From an uncultured Chloroflexia bacterium (lineage in GTDB: Bacteria > Chloroflexota > Ktedonobacteria > Ktedonobacterales > Ktedonobacteraceae), in the NCBI GenBank assembly GCA_963791655.1, contig CAWBSZ010000001.1, positions 90,773-154,772 on the forward strand: DNA of 64,000 bases. Reading direction: 5' to 3'. A program made the translations under genes and the position numbers. This document shows positions 1 through 10,899 of this stretch, piece after piece (position 1 is the stretch's first letter; every line of letters starts with the position of its first letter). The notes beneath the pieces were generated by a model. The model made no database searches. It was given only the letters and a program-made list of their open reading frames with translations, and had not been told where the DNA came from.

Positions 1-1014
1 ACAGATTTCGCGATCAACATGGGAACCTCGCTTGAGGATAGCGATGAACTGAAACGAATTGATACAAGCTTGATTACAGGCATCAAAATTTTTGCAGCCG
101 GTCATGCCACTACACCTACTACGATAGGCCGTATCAGCGATATCGCTCGTATATTTGAGACGCTTGGTGAACGTCGTATCATGGCTCTTATACACGCGGA
201 AAACCAGGAATTGGTCAACTATTTTACGCATCACTATCGTACTATCCTGGGACGCGACGACCCGCCAGCGTGGAGCGAAGCAAGAAACGAGACCGTTGTT
301 TTAACTTCAGTCCTTGAAATGATCGCACTGGCAAAACACTTTGGGGTGAAACTCTATCTCTTGCATCAATCTACGCCCGAAGAATTTGCTGCTATTGCCT
401 TTGGCAGAAGTATCGGCGTCGATGTATATGGAGAGGTTCTTACCTTCCACCTCGCATTCAACACCGAAGATTATGCAACGCATGGCAACCTTATTAACGT
501 CTCACCCTCGGTACGCAGTCCTGATGTGCAAAAACGTCTCTGGGAACTCTTACGTGAAGGAACAATCGACACCGTTGTGACCGACCACGCGCCTCACACG
601 CTGGAAGAAAAATATAAGAAAAGCGTCTGGGAAGTCGCATCAGGTATTCCAGGCTTTCAAGAATCGCTGCCTATTCTTATAAGCGGTTGGAGACAACACT
701 TTGGACTTGAGACGCTTGAAGAAGGCTTACTGCGTATCGCGCAAGTCACTTCATTCAATATTGCACGCATCTTTGATTTTCCTCAAAAAGGTGGTCTCGC
801 TGTTGGCAAGGATGCCGATATTGTCGTTGTCGATACCGAAAAAACATGGACCGTGCAAAAGGCAGACCTGTTCACGAAAAACCAATGGTCGGCCTACGAG
901 GGCAAGGAATTTGTAGGACGGTCAATCGCAACGTTCCTACGTGGTACGATGGTATATCGAGATGGCAACATTCTTGGGAAGCCGCAAGGCAGACGAGTCG
1001 AGAGGATTTCATGA
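1..1014 (+). CDS. pyrC: dihydroorotase (5' end outside window)
   Basis: Frame is open from base 1 (TDFAIN precedes the first Met of ORF 19..1014). Amidohydrolase-type motif VVTDHAPHTLEEK is present. The stop overlaps the next gene's start (ATGA). It sits in a pyr gene cluster. Confidence 0.85.
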   Translation, partial: TDFAINMGTSLEDSDELKRIDTSLITGIKIFAAGHATTPTTIGRISDIARIFETLGERRIMALIHAENQELVNYFTHHYRTILGRDDPPAWSEARNETVVLTSVLEMIALAKHFGVKLYLLHQSTPEEFAAIAFGRSIGVDVYGEVLTFHLAFNTEDYATHGNLINVSPSVRSPDVQKRLWELLREGTIDTVVTDHAPHTLEEKYKKSVWEVASGIPGFQESLPILISGWRQHFGLETLEEGLLRIAQVTSFNIARIFDFPQKGGLAVGKDADIVVVDTEKTWTVQKADLFTKNQWSAYEGKEFVGRSIATFLRGTMVYRDGNILGKPQGRRVERIS

Positions 1015-1652
1015 ACGATCCAGGAATCATGCAGATGTTCGTAGACGCTGGAGCTATTATTACCGGAAGTCATTTCGTGTACAACTCTGGTCGTCATAGT
1101 TCGGTGTATATCAACAAAGACGCCTTATATCTTCATACAGACAGCATCTCAAAACTGTGTCAGCATATGGCTCAACCTTATGAGGCTGATGAGATAGATA
1201 TTGTCGTAGGCCCCGTACTTGGGGGTATCGTTTTGTCGCAATGGACCACGCATGCGCTTAATGCACAACGGACAACAGGTGAAACTTTGGCAATCTACGC
1301 GGAAAAAGAGGCTGGCTCTGATCATGCATTTGCCTTCTATCGTGGCTATGATAAGCACATTCAGGGAAAAAAAGTCCTGATTGTTGAAGATATTCTGACG
1401 ACAGGCGGTTCGGTACGCCGCGTAATTGAACTTGTACGCAAACACGGTGGCCATGTTGTTGGTGTAAGTGCGTTATGTAATCGCGGCAACGTGCAATCAA
1501 AAGAAGTAGGTAATGTACCTGTGAGTACACTAATTACACTCGATCTTGAGACATATGCGGAAGAGGATTGCCCATTTTGTGAGCAGCATGTACCTGTCAA
1601 CACTGATGTGGGTAAAGGACGAATGTTCCTGGCGAAACAAAAGGCGGTTTAG
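1011..1652 (+). CDS. pyrE: orotate phosphoribosyltransferase
   Basis: Internal ATG at 1011 of ORF 846..1652 overlaps the pyrC stop. PRPP-binding motif VLIVEDILTTGGS. Size and context fit pyrE. Confidence 0.85.
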   Translation: MNDPGIMQMFVDAGAIITGSHFVYNSGRHSSVYINKDALYLHTDSISKLCQHMAQPYEADEIDIVVGPVLGGIVLSQWTTHALNAQRTTGETLAIYAEKEAGSDHAFAFYRGYDKHIQGKKVLIVEDILTTGGSVRRVIELVRKHGGHVVGVSALCNRGNVQSKEVGNVPVSTLITLDLETYAEEDCPFCEQHVPVNTDVGKGRMFLAKQKAV

Positions 1653-2516
1653 ATGGAAGAACGCATACTACATAACTCAACACCTACATTCATACATATG
1701 CTGGAGAAACGCTGGCGAGAAAATTCATGTGTGTGTGTTGGCCTTGACCCAGTATATGAGCGACTTCCCGCGTCGGTACGACAAGGCGTGTCGTCCGAAG
1801 ATGCGTTTTTCACATTCAATCGTGCCATCATTGACGCCACGCACGATCTCGTCTGTGCGTACAAACCGAACTCAGCATTTTATGAATTACTCGCTGATAG
1901 CGGTATGCGAGCACTGATAAAGACTGTCGCATACATAAAGCAGACCTATCCCCACATCCCTATCATTTTAGATGCTAAACGAGCCGATATCGGCAGTACA
2001 AATGCTGGCTATGTACAAGCAGCATTTGATGCTATTGGTGCTGACGCTATCACTGTTCATCCCTATCTTGGCAAGGAAGCACTTGCACCTTTTCTCGCAC
2101 GAAAAGATAAAGGTATCATTGTATTAGTCAAAACATCAAATCCTGGGAGTGATGAGTTTCAAAACCTGCTGGTAGGTGACAAGCAAGAACCACTCTATCA
2201 AGTGGTTGCACGTCATGTAGCAGAAGATTGGAATAGTCATGGTAATTGTGCGCTCGTCGTTGGTGCCACTTACCCCTCTGAACTCGAGCAGGTACGTGCG
2301 ATTGTGGGGGACATGCCCATTCTTATTCCAGGCATTGGAGCACAGGGCGGTGATATCGCGGCAACAGTTGTAGCAGGCAAAGATAGTCGTGGTTGGGGGA
2401 TGATAATCAACTCTGCTCGTGATATCATCTTTGCCTCAAGTAGTGATGATTTCGCGCAATCGGCCAGGGAAGCGACCATGAGCCTTGGAGACAACATTAA
2501 CAGCTATAGACAATGA
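1653..2516 (+). CDS. pyrF: orotidine 5'-phosphate decarboxylase (long/type 2 form)
   Basis: ORF 1653..2516 starts right after the pyrE TAG stop. Motifs VGLDP and DAKRADIGST are typical of type 2 OMP decarboxylase. An alternative start at 1698 is possible. Confidence 0.85.
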   Translation: MEERILHNSTPTFIHMLEKRWRENSCVCVGLDPVYERLPASVRQGVSSEDAFFTFNRAIIDATHDLVCAYKPNSAFYELLADSGMRALIKTVAYIKQTYPHIPIILDAKRADIGSTNAGYVQAAFDAIGADAITVHPYLGKEALAPFLARKDKGIIVLVKTSNPGSDEFQNLLVGDKQEPLYQVVARHVAEDWNSHGNCALVVGATYPSELEQVRAIVGDMPILIPGIGAQGGDIAATVVAGKDSRGWGMIINSARDIIFASSSDDFAQSAREATMSLGDNINSYRQ

Positions 2517-3445
2517 ATCTACAAACCGAACTGGCACCACAACATAAAAGTGGTTTACTACTAAAGAATCCTGTGCTCATGGCGGCAGGAACCTTTGGCT
2601 ATGGCGTCGAGAACGCGAAAATTGCCGAAGTGCAACGTCTTGGCGCGGTCATCTCAAAGGGAACAACACTACATTCGCGCAAAGGCAATGAGCAACCGCG
2701 TACGGTAGAAACTTCCGCTGGTATGCTCAATGCTATCGGGTTACAAAATCCAGGCGTACATAAAGTCATCTCTAAATTCGCGCCAATCTGGTCTGGCTGG
2801 GATACGCCTGTAATCGTCAATATCGCAGGTGAAGATATCGAGGAGTTCGTAAGAATTGCCGAATTGCTCGAAGGTGTCGCGGGTATTGCCGCTATCGAGG
2901 TGAACGTCTCCTGTCCAAATGTGCGTGCCGGAGGTGCTGTCTTCGGTGCCGATCCCCAGGCAGTTTCAGATGTAACCTCCGCACTTCGTATAGCCACAAC
3001 GCTACCACTTATCGTCAAGCTTTCACCAAACTCAGGTGATGTACGCCCAACCGCCCTGGCCGCCGTGGAAGCTGGTGCCGATGCTGTATCTTTGATTAAC
3101 ACCATTACAGGCATGAGCATAGATATTTCTACACGTAAACGCACCCTCGCGAATGGAACAGGTGGCCTATCAGGACCCGCCCTCAAACCAATTGCCTTAC
3201 GCATGGTCTACGAAGTAGCACAAGCCTTACGTGTATCTCATCCCAATGTTCCAATCATCGGCTTGGGTGGCATACTTAATGCAAACGATGCACTAGAATT
3301 CCTCATGGCGGGTGCATCGGCAATCGAGATTGGCACCGCCAACTTCGTGAATCCCCGTGTTGGTATCGAAGTTGTCGAGGGAATAGAGGCGTTTCTGGAG
3401 AGAGAGGGTGTGGGGGATGTGAAGGAGATTATTGGGATTGTATGA
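2513..3445 (+). CDS. pyrD: dihydroorotate dehydrogenase, class 1 catalytic subunit
   Basis: ATGA overlap with pyrF. Motifs AIGLQNPG and NVSCPN (active-site Cys). 310 aa. Confidence 0.85.
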   Translation: MNLQTELAPQHKSGLLLKNPVLMAAGTFGYGVENAKIAEVQRLGAVISKGTTLHSRKGNEQPRTVETSAGMLNAIGLQNPGVHKVISKFAPIWSGWDTPVIVNIAGEDIEEFVRIAELLEGVAGIAAIEVNVSCPNVRAGGAVFGADPQAVSDVTSALRIATTLPLIVKLSPNSGDVRPTALAAVEAGADAVSLINTITGMSIDISTRKRTLANGTGGLSGPALKPIALRMVYEVAQALRVSHPNVPIIGLGGILNANDALEFLMAGASAIEIGTANFVNPRVGIEVVEGIEAFLEREGVGDVKEIIGIV

Positions 3446-3485
3446 TAGCTTTAGAGCAATGGGCGACGGATATCAACATATATTT

Positions 3486-3728
3486 TCATGAGGCCGCTTG
3501 GTCGAGTGGATAAGTGACTTCTGCTCTTAGCGTATCAGCAGCAAACGCCAGGGCTGCATAAATGGCTTCATGAGTGAGGTGCGGATACGATTCGAGTATA
3601 TCGTCGATTGATGTCCCTGCCGAGAGTTCATCGAGAATGAGTTCCACAGGAATACGTGTACCCTTAATAGCTGGTTTCCCAAAGAGTACGTTGGGATTTG
3701 ATATAATCCAATCTCGGTAGTTAGGCAT
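3486..3728 (-). CDS. DUF433 domain protein (antitoxin-like small protein)
   Basis: 80 aa. The FGKPAIKGTRIPVELILDEL...SYPHLTHEAIYAALAF pattern matches my recollection of DUF433. No partner toxin ORF is adjacent. Confidence 0.65.
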   Translation of the reverse strand: MPNYRDWIISNPNVLFGKPAIKGTRIPVELILDELSAGTSIDDILESYPHLTHEAIYAALAFAADTLRAEVTYPLDQAAS

Positions 3729-3800
3729 GATTTTTTTTCCTTGCTGGTTCCTCGTTGCTTACTTTATGTTTAGTATAGCACGTGGCACTTTTATACAGTA

Positions 3801-4729
3801 TTAAAATCCCAGCAGTATCAATCCAGAAAGCACAAGACCAACACCTAGCAGTTGGTGTTTCGCGAGTCGCTCATGTAAGACGATTGTTCCAAAAAGAGTG
3901 GAAAGAGCACAAAACATGTGCCGACCGCTGCCGCGATACTTGTTGTCGCAAACTGAGTATTGAAACTGTAGAGCAAAAGAGCAGCACAATCAAGCGTACC
4001 TATGAGTGCCGCAAGTCCGATATTCAGAGGCCAACTATTTTGACCATCATTTCTTATATATAGCGTTGGCAACAAATCAGAACGAGATTTTGTGTGTTGC
4101 CATATGCGAATACCTGTAATCGCAAGAGTACTGAAGATGCGTAGCCAGAAAATGGGAAGAAACCAACTTACGGTTTTTGTCGCAAGACCAATGCCGAACA
4201 AGCCGAGACCAAATGCGATCATCGCCACAAATGCCCATCTCGTTCCCCCTTTTGCAAAGGAAGCCACACGGAGTGTGTGAAGAAAGGCCAAAGGGGATGG
4301 GCCTTCTAGTGCGGCAAAAACAACACCGAGAAATAAAATGATGAGTGCCACTATTTTAAGTGTATCGAGAGACTCATGGAAAATAAGTACCGCCAGTAAA
4401 ACAGTAATCGCTCCATCAATGGAGGTTATAGGAGAAACAATTGCTAGAGGACCGAGTTCTAGTCCACGGTAGAAGGCGAAATAGCCAATAGTTACAAGTA
4501 TACCAAGAATAAGCCCTGTAGGAAGACTTTGTAAAAGAGCCTGTGATGTCAGGGCAAGTGGTCCCCATGCAAAAGCCAGCAGAATGAACATGAAAGGAAG
4601 TCCCACCAGATGTGAGAGAAAAAGCGTTGTAAGTATTCCCAATCGACGCGATACAATTGTCGCAAGCACATCCGCACTGCCATAGCAAAAGGCCGTGCCT
4701 AACCCTATCAGAATACCTTGAAATATCAT
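3801..4729 (-). pseudogene. EamA/DMT-family transporter with a frameshift near the C-terminus
   Basis: ORF 3845..4729 is a multi-TM EamA-like protein that ends in non-membrane junk (FLEQSSYMSDSRNTNC). The expected last helix (ALSTLFGTIVLHERLAKHQLLGVGLVLSGLILLGF) is encoded in another frame by ORF 3801..3989. The frame switch is around 3915-3935. Confidence 0.6.
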
Positions 4730-4805
4730 TGTTCATATCCTAACTTCTACTTGCACATCTGAATGTCGTAATGACGTACCGACAAGAACCGTTGACATGC
4801 TTTTT

Positions 4806-4884
4806 ATTACCTGTTAAAATTACTTTGATGGTAAGATTATACCTTAATTAGTATTACCTGTCAATGTATCTTTGCTGGTAAGAA
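4806..4884. promoter_or_regulatory. two about 31-bp direct repeats, each holding TTACC-N19-GGTAA, in the divergent EamA/CGNR intergenic region
   Basis: attacctgttaaaattactttgatggtaaga (4806-4836) and attacctgtcaatgtatctttgctggtaaga (4853-4883) match at 25 of 31 positions by hand alignment. They lie between divergent genes. Confidence 0.3.
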
Positions 4885-4903
4885 TAGAACAAGAGGTATC
4901 GGC

Positions 4904-5554
4904 ATGGTAAAACATAGTGATAGAGGGAGTATTGTTGTGCCTGTAGAAACACTTGATCTGCTAGGTGGACGACTCTGCTTGGACTTTGTAAACACAATGG
5001 ACCCTCGTATAGGGGAGCATCCTCGTGAGTTTCTCAATTCTTACATTGATCTTGTTGCTTGGAGTAAGTATGTAGGATTAGTAACACAAAAGCAAAGCAG
5101 TATACTTTTGCAAAAAGCTCAAAACCGTGTAGAGGAAAGCAGCAAAGTGTTGAACGATGCGATTGTGTTGCGAGAGTCGCTCTATGATGTGTTTGTTGCT
5201 CTTGCAACAAATGAGGAGCCACAACGACAAGCTTTGGAGAAGGTACAACGTATGTTCGCTAATGCGATGATGCATGCTACACTTTCTCATACAGACCAGC
5301 ATTTTACTTACGAGTGGATGGAGGACCAGCAGAGTCTCGACCACATGTTATGGCCTATCGCAAGTTCCGCGATGGATGTTTTGACTTCTGAAGAGTGGAA
5401 ACGCATCAAGCAATGTCCTGGTGTTGGCGATTGTGGTTGGCTCTTTCTTGATACAAGTAAAAATGGTAGCCGTCAATGGTGTAGTATGCAAGAGTGTGGA
5501 AGCCGAGCTAAAATGCGCCGTCAATATGCTCGCAAGCGTAGCGAGCAAGTCTAA
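4904..5554 (+). CDS. CGNR zinc-finger (ABATE-type) putative regulator
   Basis: C-terminal CPGVGDCGWLFLDTSKNGSRQWCSMQECGSRAKMRRQYARKR matches the zf-CGNR pattern. Confidence 0.75.
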   Translation: MVKHSDRGSIVVPVETLDLLGGRLCLDFVNTMDPRIGEHPREFLNSYIDLVAWSKYVGLVTQKQSSILLQKAQNRVEESSKVLNDAIVLRESLYDVFVALATNEEPQRQALEKVQRMFANAMMHATLSHTDQHFTYEWMEDQQSLDHMLWPIASSAMDVLTSEEWKRIKQCPGVGDCGWLFLDTSKNGSRQWCSMQECGSRAKMRRQYARKRSEQV

Positions 5555-5557
5555 ATG

Positions 5558-6940
5558 CTAGACTTGTGCCAACATTGGAATACGAATGGTGAAGAGTGTG
5601 CCCACCCCTTCTTCACTCGCGACGGTTATCGAGCCTTCGTGTTGCTCGATGATCTGTGCCGCACTCGTCAAACCCACACCTGTGCCTTGAATTTTACCTT
5701 TACTATTGTCCGCGCGTCGGAATGGTTCGAAGATATGCGGAAGATCAGCCGCGGGAATACCTATACCTTGATCCTGCATTGCCAGGACTGCCCAGTCAGA
5801 AGCCTCTCCATGCTCACGTACAAGACTGATGGTGATCTCACCCCCCACAGGACTATACTTGATAGCATTATTCAATAGATTACCCACGACCCGTTCTAAG
5901 CGCTGGGCGTCAATTTTGATAAGTAGCTCTGAAAGAACCGTTTTAAAGGAGAGTTGATGCCTCGTTGTTGTAATCTGTTGCTCCTGCACAACACGTTGTA
6001 CAAGCGTCACAAGGTCTTCCTCGGTTGTATCAAATTCTAGCTTTTGGCCTGCTTGCAACTGGGCAAGGTCGAGGAGATCATCAATCATCGTTCTCATTTT
6101 CTTTACAGATGATTTAATCGTTTCAAGACCTTGCTGCAATCGGGTAATGTCTTGCGGAGAGGAGATTGTACCACGCTTGATGCGCATTTGCAGCATTTGT
6201 GCATTGCCTTTGATAGAAGTAAGAGGTGTTTTTAGATCATGGGAAACACTTGAAAGGAACTCATTGCGAGCCTCAAGTGCTTCTTCAGCTTGTTCTCTTG
6301 CTTGCTGCGTAATCACAAGCAAGCCTTCACGTTCTTTCTCAATTTGCTTGTGGTCAATACCTAACGCAACCGCTTTTGCAGCCGCTCTCATGGTATCGAG
6401 CGTCATTGTCGGTAGTGGATGGCGTGCGAATACCGCCATCACACCAACTACTCGACCTTCGATGAGTAGCGGATAGCCTGCGAATGCAACCATCCCTTCG
6501 CGCTTGGCCCACTCTTGATCGCTCACCCGTGGATCGCCAATAACGGCATTTGAAAGATGAGGAAGTCTTTCAGCCGCGATGAGACCAATCTTGAATTGTC
6601 CCACAGGCACACGACTATGACCACCGTCTAAGTGTGTATATAGACCAGCACTTGCCTGGAGATGGAGTACCTGTTCCTGCTCATCGAGCGACCAGATACG
6701 AGCAAATGCGACATCCAGAGTTTCGACCAGAGCTTCACAACATCTTTGTAGGATGGCTGGAAGTGTTCCCTTCCAAATCAATGCATCACTAATAGAGGCG
6801 ATAAGATCGACAAGACGAGTACGGGCCTCCAAATCAGCCTGTACCGATAGAATGGTAGGCTGTGACATATCGAGTTGAAGATCAGCTACCTGCTGCTCTT
6901 CTTTATTATTGTGAGCGGGCATCTGCTCTGAATACTCCAT
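5558..6940 (-). CDS. GAF-domain sensor histidine kinase (no adjacent response regulator)
   Basis: H-box SHDLKTPLTSIKG, N-box NLLNNAIKYS, G-boxes DQGIGIP and GTGVGL, and a GAF-like N-terminal half. Start placed at the internal Met (MEYSEQ, 6940) of ORF 5558..7045. Confidence 0.8.
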   Translation of the reverse strand: MEYSEQMPAHNNKEEQQVADLQLDMSQPTILSVQADLEARTRLVDLIASISDALIWKGTLPAILQRCCEALVETLDVAFARIWSLDEQEQVLHLQASAGLYTHLDGGHSRVPVGQFKIGLIAAERLPHLSNAVIGDPRVSDQEWAKREGMVAFAGYPLLIEGRVVGVMAVFARHPLPTMTLDTMRAAAKAVALGIDHKQIEKEREGLLVITQQAREQAEEALEARNEFLSSVSHDLKTPLTSIKGNAQMLQMRIKRGTISSPQDITRLQQGLETIKSSVKKMRTMIDDLLDLAQLQAGQKLEFDTTEEDLVTLVQRVVQEQQITTTRHQLSFKTVLSELLIKIDAQRLERVVGNLLNNAIKYSPVGGEITISLVREHGEASDWAVLAMQDQGIGIPAADLPHIFEPFRRADNSKGKIQGTGVGLTSAAQIIEQHEGSITVASEEGVGTLFTIRIPMLAQV

Positions 6941-7103
6941 TAGTCTGTCCAGGTTCTCAATTATAAAAATAACACGATCAAAGTGACATAAGCATCTATG
7001 TGCTTTACTTACTTCTACTCTAGCAGAAGTAAGGACAAAACACAAGAAATCTTTTTAGAAATATATATTTCTAACGATAAATTCGATATTTATTAACATT
7101 TGC

Positions 7104-7955
7104 CTAACCAAACCCTAAACTTGCTTGCCCATAGAGTGTTGTTGTACGTCCGCGTCCTACGGGTAAACCTTTTCGCATGTGACTTAAGGAACGCATCTGT
7201 ACAAAACCATATTGTGCAAGCAATGTTACTGCATCAGCATTGTGTTCCGAAACAAATACTACCGGCTCAGTCGTGTAAGTCAGTGTTAGTGCATGGGATA
7301 GTAACTGTTCTGCATCCTTCGTCGAACGAGCAACCCACGGGCCGATAGTACTCGCTTGAGCTATAAGATAGCCCGTAATATGTCCATGGCTTCCACGAGT
7401 GACAAATACACGATTCGGATCCTTCGTGTAGTATGAGGCTAGCAACGCTTCTCGTGAAGCACCAAAGTATGCGGCATCAAAGTCAATGAGTTGTGCGAAA
7501 TCCGTATCTTTAAGCTGTCCTGCGCTTTCAAAAGGAGTAAAGGGTATTACGCTATTCTGCGTCTGTCGCATGTGCAACGTCCTATCGTCCTCTACAAAAC
7601 CATACTGCAGATAAAGTGGTGCACCAGCATGACTCGCGTCAAGTAGCACAGTTTGACACCCACGTTTATCTAACCAGGCGAGAAGCGTATCCATCAATAA
7701 CCGTCCGACCCCACGTTTCTGCGCAGATGGATGGACAGACATCAACCCGATATAGGCAAATGTTTTGTAATCGAGTGCGGCTCCAAAGCCTACAACTTTG
7801 TCGTTATCCATGACGACAAACGCACCGTCAGGCTGTAGTTCAAGGTACTGTTGAAGGGTATCTTTGCGACTAGAGGGTATATTATAAGCTGCTTTGACCA
7901 CTTCATCGACAGCATTGAGGTCGGCTTCAAGAATTGGTTGAAGGGAGAAAGGCAC
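7104..7955 (-). CDS. GNAT-family N-acetyltransferase
   Basis: 283 aa. Acetyl-CoA binding pattern QKRGVGRLLMDTLL in the N-terminal GNAT fold. Confidence 0.7.
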   Translation of the reverse strand: MPFSLQPILEADLNAVDEVVKAAYNIPSSRKDTLQQYLELQPDGAFVVMDNDKVVGFGAALDYKTFAYIGLMSVHPSAQKRGVGRLLMDTLLAWLDKRGCQTVLLDASHAGAPLYLQYGFVEDDRTLHMRQTQNSVIPFTPFESAGQLKDTDFAQLIDFDAAYFGASREALLASYYTKDPNRVFVTRGSHGHITGYLIAQASTIGPWVARSTKDAEQLLSHALTLTYTTEPVVFVSEHNADAVTLLAQYGFVQMRSLSHMRKGLPVGRGRTTTLYGQASLGFG

Positions 7956-8084
7956 AGATACTTACTCCTCATAATCATGATATACGTGAGTAGCATGATA
8001 GATACAATATGCAAATATATCTCTAAGAGTAAAGCCAAGAAGGGCTACTCGTCAAGAGCCTTTTTGTCGTTTCTTACCAAATAG

Positions 8085-10899
8085 TTGTATAAAGGTTCCG
8101 AACCTATGGTATACTGTTCTGGAACCTCTAGTATGATCAGTTTTGTACTCTGTAATACGATGTGTACCCCTCTAAAATGCTCTGAAAGGCTGGACCGTGT
8201 GGGAACACGAACCACCCCTGTACTTTGTGAAGGAACGCTTACCTACCAACATCAAGAGAAGTCTTACACTGTAATTCTTGGTACATCAGCATGGAAAAAC
8301 TGGCTAATCGACGCGACTCTCTTCGCTGTTGTACATGAGTGTTGTACCTTCACTGCTCGCAAAGAGCGGGCTGGGAATGGACGGGGGACATGGTATTGGC
8401 GAGCTTACTACAAACATCGTGGAACTCTTCATCGCATTTACATTGGCAATGCGGAAGAACTCACGCTGGCTCGCTTGAACGAAATCGCTGCGCAATTGTC
8501 TGAACAGAGTTATTTCGGCTCTAGTGATGGAATGCCTACCACTTCTGAGCAGAATACATTGCAGCAGCAGACTGTTCATAGTGTCAAGCGGCAAGCAAAG
8601 AAATATGCTTCTTCGCGTCGCCATCATCCTGTGCTACTGACGACGAAATTGTCTGTGCCTCACGTTCGTCCTCGTGTTGTAGTACGCCCGCGTCTCTATG
8701 AGCGGCTACAGCAAGTGACAAAGCATAAGGTGTTGCTGGTTTCGGCTCCAGCTGGCTTCGGCAAAACGACCTTACTGAGTGCATGGATGACGCCTTCTCT
8801 CGATGATCGGTTCATCGATGAAGAGTTCACTCTATCCCAGGCAAAGCCTTAGAATCCTGGCTTTGGCTTTCTTGCCTGGCTTTCTTTGGATGAGGGCGAC
8901 AATGATCCCACATCTTTCTGGACCTATTTCATCGCTGCCCTGGATATGATACAGCAAGGCATAAGCGACACAGCCCAGATGCTCCTCTCATCTACACAAT
9001 CCGTCTCGATCTATCCTGTTCTAAACGTACTCATCAATGCTTTGTGTACACTCAGGCAAGATTTTGTCCTGGTACTGGACGACTATCATGTGATTGAGAC
9101 GCAAGCCATCCACGAGGCATTGGTGTATCTGCTCGATCACATGCCAGAGCGTATGCATCTTCTGATCGCTACTCGCGCAGACCCTGCCTTTCCTCTCGCT
9201 CGTTGGCGTGCATGTCATGATCTGCATGAGCTGCGTATGACGGATTTGAGCTTCACAACTGAGGAGGCGACAGATTTTTTTCAGCAGACGATAGGGCTTG
9301 CACTCCCGACTAATATCATTACCGCTTTAGAGGCACGAACGGAAGGGTGGATCGTCGGATTACAACTCGCTGCCCTCTCTCTCCAAGAGCAGGAAGATAT
9401 TCCAAGTTTTATTGCCACCTTCGTTGGAACTCAACGACATGTTCTTGATTATCTTGTTGAAGAGGTTCTTGCTCGCCAGTCTAGCCAGATCCGAACCTTC
9501 TTGTTACGCGCATGCATCCTTGAGCGGTTGAATGGGTCACTCTGTGATGCACTCACCGAACAATCTCATAGAACAAAAAAATTTATTTCTTGTGTCACTT
9601 GACAACCAGCGGATATGGTATCGTTATCATCATCTGTTTGCTGACGTGTTACGCAATTACACAGTACATGCCTTACCCGAACAGCTTCCAGTACTGCACT
9701 TGCGAGCCAGTCGTTGGTATGAGGACAACGGGTTGATACGAGAAGCTATAGAACATGCTCTCTCTGCTACCGATGCTGAGCGGGCCGCTACCTTGATCGA
9801 GCAACACATCGACGAAAGCATCTGGGCGTATAGTGAGGTGGTGACGCTGCAGCGGTGGCTTACCCCTCTTCCTGAGTCTGTGGTGAGTTCTCGATTCCAA
9901 CTCTGCATCCTGCAGGCATGGGTGCTCCTCTATACGCTGGGGTACGGTGCTGTAGAACGTCCTACAGCTCAGGCGACGCTGGATAGAGCTGAGGCCATCT
10001 TACATAATGCACACCAGCGTCTTACCCCTGGCGATGAGCGTCCGATAACGCAAGCAATGCGCGGTGAAATTGCTGCTCTCTTCTCGATACTCTTTTCTTT
10101 TAAAGGCGAGGTCGCACATGTGAAAGAACCTGCCTGTCTTGCCCTCGAACTGCTTCCCGAAGAGAACACAACGTTACGTTGCCTCGCTGCCCGTATGCTC
10201 TACAATCTCTACACGGTCCATCATGATAAGAGTATGATAGTGCTAGCAATACAGGAATTTACGCGCATCAGCCAGGCCGCACGCGATGTGCTTGGAATGC
10301 TGAACGCCCTTATTAACATTGCTCACTTTCAAGTCATGCAGGGAGAACTGCGCCAAGCTGCTGCCTCTCATCGACGAGCACTCAAATATGTTGAACAACA
10401 GGTACAGTCTGTCGCACTGGCTTCAGCGCATAGCATTGGTTTAGGCGGCATCTTACTGGAGTGGAATGATTTTGTCGGTGCCGAACACTATCTCATGCAA
10501 GGGATTGAACACCTAAAGCAGAGGGGGGACCCTGGCGTTCTACAGGCAGCCTACCAAGTATTGGCGTCGTTACGTCTTGCACGAGGAGATAACGACGGTG
10601 CGCTGGTCGCTATTGATGACGAAGAACAGGTCATCCAGCGTAGTGAGCAGTTTGCACAGTATATGTCCAGTGATGGACCATTCGCAAGCCGTGCGTGGCT
10701 GGCCCTATTACGGGGAGACCTACGAGTTGCCAATCAATGGGCAGATACATACAAGCTGACTGATGAGAACCATCTCACGCTCTCCAACATCATGGAACGA
10801 ACAATTCTGGCACGTATTTACCTCGCCAACAACGAGTTTGAAGCAGCTATACAATTGCTGACACGACTCTTGCAGGTAGCATCAGCACAAGCGGAATGA
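8085..10899 (+). pseudogene. large STAND/MalT-like (LuxR-family type) ATP-dependent regulator, disrupted
   Basis: Three consecutive ORFs (8085..8852, 8886..9602, 9532..10899) read as one protein. Walker A is LLVSAPAGFGKTTLLSAW, then AWLSLDEGDNDPTSFW, then NLFLVSLDNQRIWYRYHHLFADVL, then a TPR-like tail. An in-frame TAG lies at 8850-8852 (both ORFs share a frame). A frameshift lies near 9555-9575. The C-terminal region is cut off at 10899. Confidence 0.7.

Noticed and set aside
2599-3204. Long antisense ORFs inside well-supported genes (for example 2599..3204 in pyrD, 15787..16344 in the patatin gene, 47094..47639 in trpD, 59680..60588 in the repeat protein, 52368..52967 in the MFS gene)
   Set aside because: Their composition is low-complexity or atypical. 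They lack motifs, and the opposite strand encodes clearly recognisable proteins.
3486-3728. DUF433 gene as half of a toxin-antitoxin pair
   Set aside because: There is no adjacent small ORF with a PIN/DUF5615-like pattern on either side, so it cannot be supported as a TA system from this sequence.
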